Assembly (NCBI RefSeq): GCF_000143415.4
Contig: NW_003314360.1
Span: forward strand, 550,595-614,594
DNA length: 64,000 nucleotides
Direction: 5' to 3'
From: Selaginella moellendorffii
Lineage: Eukaryota; Plantae; Lycopodiophyta
Below, piece by piece: positions 22,016 through 36,269 of this stretch. The translations under genes were made by a program, and so were the position numbers. Position 1 is the first letter of the stretch. Each line of letters begins with the position of its first letter. The notes under the pieces were generated by a model, which made no database searches, was not told where the DNA came from, and was given only the letters and a program-made list of their open reading frames with translations.

Positions 22016-22387
22016 ATGGAGAGTCATCATGCCCGGCTGCTAGCCTTCGATTTTGTGAGGAAACAGGTTGGCCGTCGTGTAGAGATGGTGGGGGTGGCGG
22101 TGAGCGTGGAGCGCAAGCCCAAGTACGTGCGCTTTGCTGTGGACGACGGCACGGGCTGCATATCTTGCATCTTGTGGACCAACCAGAGTGGCGCCCCCCA
22201 GCAGCAGGCAGCGGCAGACATGGCGCGGCTTGTCACTCTGGGGGGCCTGCTCGCGGTGCACGGCCGCGTCTCCCGCTACCACCACCACCCGCAGCTCACC
22301 GTTTCGTCTCTCCTGCCACAGCCGGATGCCAATGCCGAGGTTTACCACTGGATGGAGTGTATCAAGCTTGCGCTAGATTGCTATTAG
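22016..22387 (+). CDS. STN1: CST complex subunit STN1 (single OB fold, 123 aa, intronless)
   Basis: HARLLAFDF, VEMVG, KYVRFAVDDGTGCISCILW, DANAEVYHWMEC. Confidence 0.88.
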   Translation: MESHHARLLAFDFVRKQVGRRVEMVGVAVSVERKPKYVRFAVDDGTGCISCILWTNQSGAPQQQAAADMARLVTLGGLLAVHGRVSRYHHHPQLTVSSLLPQPDANAEVYHWMECIKLALDCY

Positions 22388-22538
22388 TTCTCCAAATTGT
22401 GGCCCTCCCTGTTAAATACAAGTTAGCCTAAAGGGAAACGATAAAAAGGCGCTGCGCAGGGCAAGAGGGCGAGGGATTGATAGCCCTCTGAATCCCATGT
22501 CCAGTTGATCCATAGCATATAACAAGGTAGAGCAATCC

Positions 22539-24565
<2,027 letters not shown>

Positions 24566-25099
24566 AGTGAATTAAAACAAATTGCAACTCAAGTGATTTC
24601 TTGATATACCTTAGTGCTATGTTGAGAAGCATATTACATTGAATGTAACTACTAGAGTAGCCACTCATTCTCCACATAACACTTATATATGGGCTTGATA
24701 AGGTGGGGTTGCTAAGTTTTAATTTTCTTCTTTATTTTAAAAAATATTTTTGCTTTTGTTTGATATTTTAGAAATCTTGGAAATAATTAATTAGCCCAAA
24801 AATTTTAGTTTATATATAGGAGTGAGTGATCTAAATTGAAACTAATTTAATGATTATTAAAATTCCATTATGCTAATATTAGTATACAGCATCATAACTG
24901 TACACTTGAACCTCACACCATCCCTTCCTTTCAAAAGGATAGAATGCAGTTAAGGTTCTTTGGTTGATAGGATAAGATTTAATGGATTTGTAGGTGGTGT
25001 TAATTATTTTTAATCTCTTTGTATGAAGTGTTTTAGTTGCTGTATATGCACAAGTTTTGGAGGATTGATCTGTTGAATGTTATACTGAACCTCATAAAC

Positions 25100-27370
25100 T
25101 TGTGGTCTAACTTGTTATAACACCCAATATAGTCCCTTCCATTGAGCAAGGAGCCCTTTAAATAAACCATGTACCATAAAATTAAAAAAATAGATTAACA
25201 CTAAGTCATCTATTTTGTACTCCGTAAGTAGACGATGATAGGAGTTGTCGTATTGTTGTTGTCCCATTTATACGTTGCCCAAGTGTTTAGTAAACTCCAC
25301 TCAGACAAGTGGAAGAATATTTATTAAATATTGATCCCAAGACCTAGCATCGACAGTTCGTAGTAATTATGAAAGTAAACTTAACTTTGTTGGCAGTATC
25401 ATATCATGATAATATAAGAGTTTATATAGTGAAACACTAACTAGATTTAGTATCTTTATTACATATGCATACTGAAGAGATGACAAATAACCATCTTAAT
25501 CGAAATGCTGAAAATTCACGTAATTTGCAATCATTTCTGAATAAGCCATTCCACCAAGCCATTTATTTATGGATGATAAACACTCGTGAAAGTGTGGCAT
25601 ATCCCTTAACTGAAACATTAAAATATAAAATGCCTCAACTATAAATATAGGACCATTATCCAAAAGAATTTGCTCCAAACAAAAATGTTGACTAATGAGA
25701 ATTGCTTTGTAGCTAATCCTCCCTTTTGTTCTTTAGTTTTTGGTTTGAGGAGAAAGTACTTAATAGCACTTGCAAACACATTAACAAAAGCACAGACTTC
25801 CACCACACAAGTCAAATAGTCAAAGGCAATAATAATATATTAATTGTTAGTAGTTAACCATGGGAAATGCCCCATCAAATCAAATGCCACCAAACAAGAA
25901 ATTGCAATTGACTCCAATTGTCCTTCCATAACATGAGGGGAGTATTATGAGTTTAGCACTAAACACAACTATACAACAATTAAATATTATCACATTACAT
26001 CTTTAGCTAATAGAAAGACTTATACAACTTTTTAGTCATATATTGATGTCATATATGCCTACTTAGAATAAAAGAGTCATGATAAGTATGGAAAAAGCAT
26101 GCAATAAATATCAAAGGCACCACTAACTATAAATGATCATCCCTTGTTAGCACCTTCATCAACATGTTTGCTAACTTAAGGTTGAGATGTAGATTTGAGA
26201 GAACATTTTGAAGCGCTTGGAGTCTTTCCATCGAGCTGAGATACTCAACATCAGCTATAGAACTCCTTAAATGATGAACAATCTCAAAATCATATATCTA
26301 AAGCTTTAGAGCCTCATTGAATAGTATGACTAACTAAGTTCTTTTGCTTCAATAATGAAGTAATTGTAGCATGATCACCTTCTAGTAATATCTAAAAACC
26401 ATATAAATATGCATAAAACTTCTCAAAACCCCAAACTTTTACTAAACACTCCTCTATTCTGGAGTAATTTATCTTTGTTGGTTGTAATGTACGGTTGATG
26501 TATGCAATGAGATAACACTAACTAGGCACACTTAAGCTCTCTTACATCAATACACCTTCAAGATCGATATCAAAAGCATCCACGTGTAAAATGAAGGGTT
26601 AAATGTAATTAGGATACACCAAAATTAAAGGAGTTGTCAACAACTTTTTGAGATCTATAAATGCCTACTCATAGTCAATAGACTAGATGAAAGACAATGT
26701 TGATGACTTTAGCAATACTTATAATGGTGCAATATGAATAGAAAGATGATCAATGAAATAATTGAGATATTGCACTTTCCTTGTATTGCACATTATTCAC
26801 ACACTTCGGAGTAGGGAATTTTAAAACAATTATAAATTTGTTAAGATCAATTTGCAAACTTTTATGAGAAATATAATACCCAAGATAAGTTATGTTCTTG
26901 GACCCAAATATGCATTTTGACCACTTCAACTTTAAACCAACTTTCAGCAGCCGATCCAACTTCTTACAAATATTATAGATGTACTCTTCTAAGTGGATCA
27001 AGATATCATCAATGAAGTTAGTAATCATCTCCGACATATCACAAAAAACCTTGACCATTATCTATTGAAAAGTCATGGGAGCATTGTTTAAACCAAATGG
27101 CATCACCAAGAATTTGTACAAAAAAAATGGTATATGAAAAGGAGTCTTGGGAACATCTTCCTCAGCCATTGGCATTTGCCAGTACTCAAAAACAAGATTT
27201 AACTTGGTGAACTAATGACTTCTTCCCAAATTATGCAAGAGACCAACAATATGAAGAAAAGGGTGCATATCTGGAATAATCATTTTGTATAATGAATGAT
27301 AGTCAATATAGAAGTGAATACTTCTATTATGCTTCATTATAAGATAAAATTCATACACCCAAAGACTTTA
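25100..27370 (-). mobile_element. Highly degenerate Ty3/gypsy pol (RT-RNase H-integrase)
   Basis: MPFGLNNAP.TFQ, FIDDILI, LHVDA, integrase-like IIAFDYLT and LLDNGP, with many stops. Confidence 0.75.
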
Positions 27371-27371
27371 A

Positions 27372-28255
27372 TGTGATAGACAAATCCCAGAGCCCCAAAA
27401 GTGGAGTTGAAAGGGTGCCATGTGATAATGGCCGAAGTGGAAGCTAAATAAGAGTAACATGTTTGGATTTAAAGCTCTGACTTGAAAAGTCGAGAGCGGG
27501 AGTGAAACTGTCAACGAAGTGCTTAAGGAATGAGCACGAAGTGAGCAATAAGTGAGTCTCTAGAAAATGGATACAAAAAGACCAACACATGACACGTAGA
27601 AGTGTTAAGATAGACTTAAGATGGAATCTGAGATGGACCTGAAATGGAGTTTGAGATGGAGTCTGAGATGGACCCAAGATGGAGTCCTAGATGGAGTTTG
27701 AGATAAAGTCCGAGATGGACCTGAGATGGAGTTTGAGATGGACCTAAGATGGAATCCAAGATGGAACCAAAACCGAGACCAAGACTGAGATTGAGACTAA
27801 GATTGAAACTGAGACCAAGATCGAGACCAAGACCAAGTCCGAGTCCAAATCTGAATACTAATACAAGCTATTGGGTGAAAGCCCAAAGTGATCATCCCTT
27901 GGGGGGGGGGGGGGGGGGAATAGGGGGTTCCAAAAGTATAGTAAGGAGAGTGTGGGGGTTGGACTCTAGTGGAACCAATTTGGGTAGGAAAGGTCAATTT
28001 GGCCTAGGAAGGTTATACCCATGTGTTGAGTGATCATATAACCACTGGGAAGTCCAAAGCTAAAGTGAATATAGATAGACAAGTGGGGTAGCTTAGTGAA
28101 CTGTTCAAGAGGTAGCTTTAGCTCCCCTGAGAGATTAAATAGTCAATGCTCCCGGTCCAAGTGTGGGTGGCACTACCTATTTGGATATTTGGCGTGGCTC
28201 ATTGGAACCTCGTTCTAGCCACCTGGCTAGGGCACCCAAAGGCGGATGGCAGTAA
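27372..28255 (+). mobile_element. Old truncated copy of the family-A LTR
   Basis: Starts TGTGATAGACAAATCCC; contains decayed GAGATGGAGTCC array and poly-G; collinear with 41969-43025. Confidence 0.85.
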
Positions 28256-28739
28256 AAAGGCTCGCATTAAAACTCACATAGTCATGATCAGAAAAAAGAA
28301 TGGAATTCAATGGTATATGCCATTTTGACTCTATTAGATTGTACTTCTCTTGCTACAAAGCATAATGTTACCAAAAAAAGGCATAAAGTTCACCTTTCTA
28401 GAAAAGTGCAATAACTAGGACATCCTATTTAGGGTTTAGGATGTCCCCCAAGCTTGTGAAGCATGTAAGGCAACTTAAAAATGAGGGGGGCCCTTTGACA
28501 AGCATCACTGAAGCAGCACAAGTGTGCAAGGAGAGCTTGATGTCACTAGTAGTAGGAGATGCTGGAGAAGCAGTGTTGGAAGAATGAGATCAAGTATCCC
28601 CAGGCACAGAGGTGGTGCTAGAATAGCATGCATATGGTGTGGAATCACTCAGCCGTGCTTTGGACGTATCTCTGGAGCTTGCTGTGGATGTATGAGTTTC
28701 TGGGCCCATGGATTCTAGGTATGTCCCAGCCACCCCAAG

Positions 28740-29145
28740 TCACTGGTCAACGATCATACTGTAAAAATGGAACATTCCTGAATATTCTCTGAAAGTCAGA
28801 CCGTTGACCGAGTCAACTTCGCCTATACCATTCCATTCCACATCTCTTTCCGATTGGGACTACATTTATTTCATCTCCTAACACTAGACGTGACACCTTG
28901 GAAAACATGCGAATTGTTATAATGGTGCCATCGATGACACATGCACCAACATCTCAAGAGAATTTCTTGATGTGACTGAAGGACCTCAGGTATGCACCAG
29001 TCACTCCAGGCCACCTCCCTCTCGAGTCAACTATCGGTCAACGAGAAGTCAACGGTCAGAATAGAATATTCTTGAATATTCCCTAACAGTCAGATTGTTG
29101 ACGGAGTCAAAGCGGCATATACCATTGGATTCCACACTTTCTTCA
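28740..29145. repeat. Two diverged ~110-bp direct repeats (~28745-28850, ~29035-29145) rich in GTCAAC/GTTGAC and GAATATTC
   Basis: Shared gaatattc...agtcaga..gttgac.gagtcaa...tataccatt..attccaca. Confidence 0.6.
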
Positions 29146-29494
29146 GGTCATCACAGTTGTGGTGAATGAAAAGCCTTGACAGGAGGACTGCCCTCAAACA
29201 GGTCTTGAGGGATGAAACAGGAATTGATATAGCCTCTGCAGTGTGTCAGACACAACCAACAGGTCCCGGGAGCCATCAGCAGTAGGAGAATCGGAACAGA
29301 TGCCGAAAGACAGGTCCACTGCACCACAATCTCGTATAAGCAACACATCTTTCCGGATCCAGAGATGTCGAATAGAATCAAAAGACAGGGCTTGCTGATT
29401 CTCATCAATGAAAGAATCTCTCTAGAACCAAGAGACTGCTCTAGACCATGCCACAAAAGACTCGGTTGCCAACCTCTTGGAACTTGTAACTGGC

Positions 29495-30166
29495 AATACC
29501 ACATGGAAGAGGATGACGACAAGCCGATTCTGGAGCATGCAGTTGGGTACGTGGTTTCATTTCTTTACTATCTTACAATATATTTATTTTTCAGAACCAA
29601 AATCGGCTGGAAACCCAGGAAGGACCTGACTATCAAGCTGATGAAGAAGAAGCCTAAGAAGGTGCCAAGGACACCACCCCTCAGACAAAGTTGCAGGCAT
29701 GCGAGACGTTTTTTAACTTCTTTAACCCCCTTGAAATCCCAGAAAACGAGGAGGAGATTGATCCTGAAGAGGTACGATCTTTTATCATCTCTTCTAAAAG
29801 GTGTGCATAACTTCTTTCTTTAGGCCGAGGAGCTTCACATGGAACAAGACTATGACGTGGGGTAAGAACTATAGTCGGGATCAAAGTTTTGCAACCATGC
29901 TAACAACAACCTGAATTTGCAGTGCCACAATTTGCGACAAGATTGTTCCTCATGCCATCTCGTGGTTCACTGGCAAAGCAGTGGAATTTGATGATGAGGC
30001 GGGAGACGATGAGGAAGATGAAGATGAGGACGACAAGGTGACTGATGATAAGGAGGAATTTGATGCTAAGGTACGTCACTTGGGTTTTTCCCTTCCCTTA
30101 CTCATTACTTTAATTCGTTTCCTATCAGGAGGAAGCCAAGCAAACCATGCCAAAGTTGAGCAGTAA
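29495..30166 (+). pseudogene. NAP1: Nucleosome assembly protein 1 3'-half fragment with introns and a frameshift
   Basis: YHM.EDDDKPILEHAVG|TKIGWK...KKKPKK, FFNFFNP, MEQDYDVG, KIVPHAISWFTG, acidic tail; N-terminal half absent. Confidence 0.82.
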
Positions 30167-30414
30167 TCCTTTTTGATCCTGTCCTTGCTTCTGAACAGTT
30201 CCTTGTTTCTGGTCTTTGGCAGGAGTAGGCTACCTAGACTAGCTAGGAAGTTTTTGAGTATGTGAGAGGATTTTGGTTGGGTATACTATTTTCTGTTCGT
30301 CAGCAAAGCAAGTATTTTTGTTTAATCCCAAACACTAGAGTAAATCACTGTTAAAAAGTTTTGCCCTTCAAGGACAAATTGTAGTGCCCCTCACTTTCAC
30401 AAATGTGAGTGCTT

Positions 30415-31639
<1,225 letters not shown>

Positions 31640-31640
<1 letters not shown>

Positions 31641-32637
31641 TGAAGCTTGCTACTGCCTTGGCATCCAGATTGATTGCAAAAAAGATGGCTCCCTCTTTCT
31701 GCATCAAACTAAGTATGTGGAAGATGTCCTGCAACGATTCGGCATGGACTCTTGTGCACCTGCACCCACGCCAATGGTTGCTGGCTTAAGACTTTCAAAG
31801 GATATGTCTCCTTCTACAGACTCGGATAGGAGGAAAATGGCAAACGTTCCTTACCGAAGTGCCGTGGGCAGCTTGATGTACCTGGTGGTGTGCACGTGAC
31901 ATTGCCTTCTCAGTGAGCATGGTAGGTTTCTCGACAATCCAGGCCCTGCACATTGGCAAGCAGTAAAAAGAATTTTTCGGTACTTACGAGCTACCACTTC
32001 TTTTGGCTTACTTTACACGCCAAAAGCCACACGCTTACAGGGCTACTGTGATTCGGACTGGGCTGGCTGCCCAGATTCACGAAGATCACACACAGGCTAT
32101 TTTTTTAGCTTGCAACAAGCAGCTCTTTCTTGGAGCAGCAAGAAACAGAGTGTTGTGGCCTGCTCTAGCTGCGAAGCTGAGTATATGGCTGCTAGCGCTG
32201 CTTGCAAGGAGGCCATCTGGCTTTGTCGTCTTCTAACGGACATGGAACACTCTCTTCCAGGTTCAACAGCGATCTATTGCGACAATCAGGGCTGCATTGC
32301 CTTAAGCAAGAATCGCAAGATCAATTCAAGAACAAAGCACATGGACACAGTACACCATTTTCTTCGAGACCAATATGAAGATGGAATCGTCGAGCTTGTG
32401 TATTGTTCTACTCAGGACATGCCTGCTGACGTTCTGACCAAGGCACTCTCCCAGCCGAAATTTTCTCAGTTTTGGGCTGCACTTGGCGTCTGCCCGAGTG
32501 GGAGTGTTACGGTAGCAAACCGTACAATGTACGGACAGACACCAGTGCCAGCTAGGACGCCAGGAGACGCGTCGTTTTTGGTTGTATATTGACCAAAATC
32601 TCATGAATAAAAATTCATTCGATGGTCAAACACAACA
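31640..32637 (+). mobile_element. Ty1/copia 3' remnant: RT end, RNase H, PPT and short 3' LTR 32505-32637
   Basis: [43 protein letters not shown]; GAGTGGGAG then TGTT...AACA. Confidence 0.9.
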
Positions 32638-32660
32638 TTCCTCATGCTGCTTTTTTCCAG

Positions 32661-33730
32661 GTTTTGGTCATGTTATTGTGCAGTGGAAGAGGAGTGTCAT
32701 GATCTTAGTTGATTGTGGCTTTGCAACGCTGCTTGAGAGTGATGCCAATGCCGGACCTTTTGCACCGATTATTCCACACATAAGAGGGGTGAGGGGTGAT
32801 GAAGCCGGACCTGGTTCTTCAGGTCTGGCAAACGTGCGATACGTGATCCTTCAAGAGCCGATGATTGCAGAAGCACTCTGGGAACACATGCCTGCTGGTA
32901 CAGTAATGGAGCGAGTCATCAGCACAGCTGGAAACGCATCAGTCCTTGGCATTACCTTTGAGCGGTTTGCATGCATCGTGGGGGAGGCATTTGACAACAA
33001 GCTATCAGTTGAGGTTTTGGATTTGCAGGAAACAGATGTGGTCTACAAGGAGGAGTATGAAGTTGTAAAGCCAAGAGGGCACTCGGGGGTGCTGGTTCAG
33101 GAGATTTGGACTGAAGAACAGTTGAACCTGTGGCTTGAAGCTGTTGAGGCTGGTGCATCGTTTGCTACTTATGCAAGGCTTGGACCATTCCAAGAAGCTG
33201 GACCAGATGGGATGTTTCTTCTCAGAAGCAAAGAGTCACACAAGATGATGCCTGTGTTTCTACAGTTTAGGACTGGATCTGGGCTGGGTGTGACTCAAGC
33301 TTTTTCTTCACTGGACACCATGAAGATTGACAAGATGCTGCATTCAGGAGGAGCCTCTCGAAAACTAAAACAGTGGTGCTGGACTGGCTACCTTAGGCTG
33401 GTTGTTTCACCGAACCCACATCCAAGGGTAGGAAAGGTGGCCTTCGGGCGAGCGAGAAAGGGGCCCAAAGAAATCCCCCTGGTAAGGCATATTTCATTTG
33501 ATTTTTGACATGTTTATTTTGTCCTTCAGGTTTCACCTTTGTCGGCTGTTTGGGCTGGTCGGAAACTTCGGGGGATCGTCAACAAGGAATTGCTGGATGC
33601 TGTGGAAGAGGTGAAGAAAGGTTTGAAGAAGCGGAAAAGGGGTGAAGCGCTTTGCTCGTCTTCGGGCCACCGTCAAGTCGGAATCCCTGTCGCCGCCCTG
33701 CCCAAACTCCAAGATCAAGATCATGTGTAG
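32661..33730 (+). pseudogene. Gene fragment of unknown family, possible PD-(D/E)xK nuclease-like (Crinkler/CR-type); exon 32661-33481 spliced to 33530
   Basis: Long open frame bounded by splice sites; GITFERF and AGPDGMFLL...PVFLQFR motifs; 5' part replaced by copia. Confidence 0.4.
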
Positions 33731-34560
33731 CTATGGCGGGAGGATTTTGCCGCGGCCGCACGACGGTCAGCTCCGCTACGTGGGCGGCGAGACGAGGATC
33801 TTGCCGTGGCAGCGGAGCATTTCCTTTGGGGAGATGATGGCCAAGCTCGTGGCGATGGTGGGGAGGAGCGTGGCGGTTAAGTATCAGCTCCCAAACGAGG
33901 ATTTGGACGCGCTCATCTCGGTGGTCTGCGAGAAGGATTTTGGGAGTATGATCGACGAGTATCTCCGGATGGAGGGCCGAGATAGCAGCGCTCGTCCCAG
34001 GCTCTTGTTCTTCATTCCGGCACCGACTCCACCGTCATCGTCCTCTCCCAGACTGAGCGAATCGAGATCTCTGGACCAGCAGTTCATCAAAGCGCTGAAT
34101 GGAATGCCAGTGGCGAGCGGTGGAAACTCTGGTGCTGCTCCTTGGCCATCCAGAGCTCTCGACGAGGATCTCGAGTGTGGTCGTCCTGTGAAGCCGATCA
34201 AGATGCACAGGCAGCTCTCGGCCACGGACAGGATCGCGGAGACGGCTTCCGGCTCGCCTAGCAGCAGGAGAGTATCACCGCGGACGTCTCCGAGAGCTCC
34301 CGACAAGTGCCCCTCGGTGAGGAGCGCTAGATCATCACTCCTCCAGCAGCAGCTGCAGGACTCTCTCCACGAGCCGTGCAAGCAGCTAACAGTAGCGACG
34401 AGAGAGAATTCGGCTGGAAGGATCCCGCAGGAGATGATCGAGCCGGTGATGATACACCACTACTATCCAGGCACCGATCCTTGCTCAAGACAAGTCTTCA
34501 GCAATGAGCCACCGACACCTTCGGTATTTAAGTTTTTGCTTTATTGGGGTTCAAATTCAA
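33690..34560 (+). CDS. PB1 (octicosapeptide/Phox/Bem1p) domain protein, start unclear, possibly a pseudogene
   Basis: KIKIMCSYGGRILPRPHDGQLRYVGGETRI, KYQLPNEDLDALISV. Confidence 0.8.
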
Positions 34561-34949
34561 TTATGTCAATATTGATCTTTAAAAACTTTATTCCTTTACT
34601 TTTAGCACAATCCATCACTCTTAAGTTTAAACTTATAGAACATTTAATTTTTTCAGAACTTAAGTTCCTAGAATATTCAAAGTATATACTATGAACTTTA
34701 TAGATTTGCAAGCAAGAACGTGCTATTCACTGATTCTTTTACCATTCTTCATTTGCCAGGTGGTATCAACCAACCACTCTTTGAAAATCACCACCACCAC
34801 CAATTACTCCACACAATAGTTACACTGCACCTTCTATCTTTTGCTTTTTATTTGGGGGTAAAAACACACATACAAATAAGCAAGTTTTACCTTTGTAAGT
34901 GTTAAAATATGAAGTCTTGTTTATGAGGAAGGACAGCGAGTCTTAATAA

Positions 34950-36030
34950 ACCATTCTCTGAAGCCAAGGTTTGGAGCCTCTCCAAACCTGCATCCTCAAT
35001 TTCGAGTAGATCAGTAGAATCTAACGCATCAGTAATACCACCTTGAGTGCCAGGACGCCTTTTTTACTTCATTTGAACACACAAGGGATGAGCCGACGCT
35101 TCCGCCCAGAGTGATTGCCCAAGAAAAAGATGGCATCTGGTCGGAAGCCAGTCCAATGAGCATTACCTGCCAACCACAGTCAGAAAAGTGTTCACAAACC
35201 AGTGAATATTACCTGTCAGCAGAACAGTAGGAAAACTGCCATGCCATCCACATCGTTAATATATTTTTTCAAAGTGTAGCACCTGCTGTCGTGAGCATGC
35301 TTTTCCATGCAGATTGTCACCTCCATGTCTACACCAGTGCATGGTCTCTCAAGCTTTGCAGTCTCAAAGTACATGCCGGGAACTTTGAAAGTGTCGTTGC
35401 ATAACAGCACCTTGTTCTTTTGGTAAAGGAACTGCCTCACAAACTCTGCTGGCACCTTCCCATCTAGTTCCTGAGCAGCCAGCTTCTCAAACCCCAGATC
35501 GATCTTTGAGTGATCACCTTGTCCTTTGCTGATAAGCATGTCTTGGCAGGAGTCCAAGTCAGTCATAAAATGGTGATAGAGCACTCTGTGTACAGCAGGT
35601 TAAGCCTTATCCAGCATTCTTTGCGGCCTGAGAAGAAGTCCTCAATGTTCTTGAGTACCAATTGGCTTTTATTCGTCAACCAGGCTAAACCATATTCCAC
35701 CAACTGAAGCCTTGATGTTGATGAGAGTCGAAGAAGATCCAAAAATTTCGTTGTAAAGTATCACCTTCTGCGATCTCTCTCGAGAAAATGCCGCACATCA
35801 GTCCAAACGGTCCTGTCCATGTAGACCCCGCCTTTTGGTGAGCTGATAACACTGATGCCTGCTCCGAGAGAATCCGTAGTGCAAATTCTGTCGAAGAACT
35901 CCACAAAAAAGCCTGTTGCCTCCTCCATGGGTAGCTTTCTTGCAACAAAGTACTCTATCGCAGTCACAAAAACCCTGTACCTCCCTCTGTAGAGCCTGTT
36001 GAGCCTTGGGAAATCAATGGAGTCTACACT
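34950..36030 (-). pseudogene. Broken gene, distant relative of the 32661-33481 ORF
   Basis: Fragmented frames, intron ~35168-35214; FRPDAIFFL...LIPCV.QMK and GITDALDSTDL mirror the + strand ORF. Confidence 0.4.
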
Positions 36031-36269
36031 TGTAGTTGTAAGTTGACGTTTGCACTATGAGATCTGAGTATGTTGTGATCTTGCTCTCATGCTGTTGGAT
36101 TGTTGGTATGTCATAGTGTGCCATTTGTGCTCACTTGCTGGCATAATAGCCATGATTTTGGTTTTTTGTTCTAAACCTTTCTTTTGTTTTGCGGATGTAT
36201 ATTGTTCCCTCTGGGTAGGTCTTTAACTGGTTTCTTGCTATGGCATAAGGTTATGGTGTTTCAAAATGT

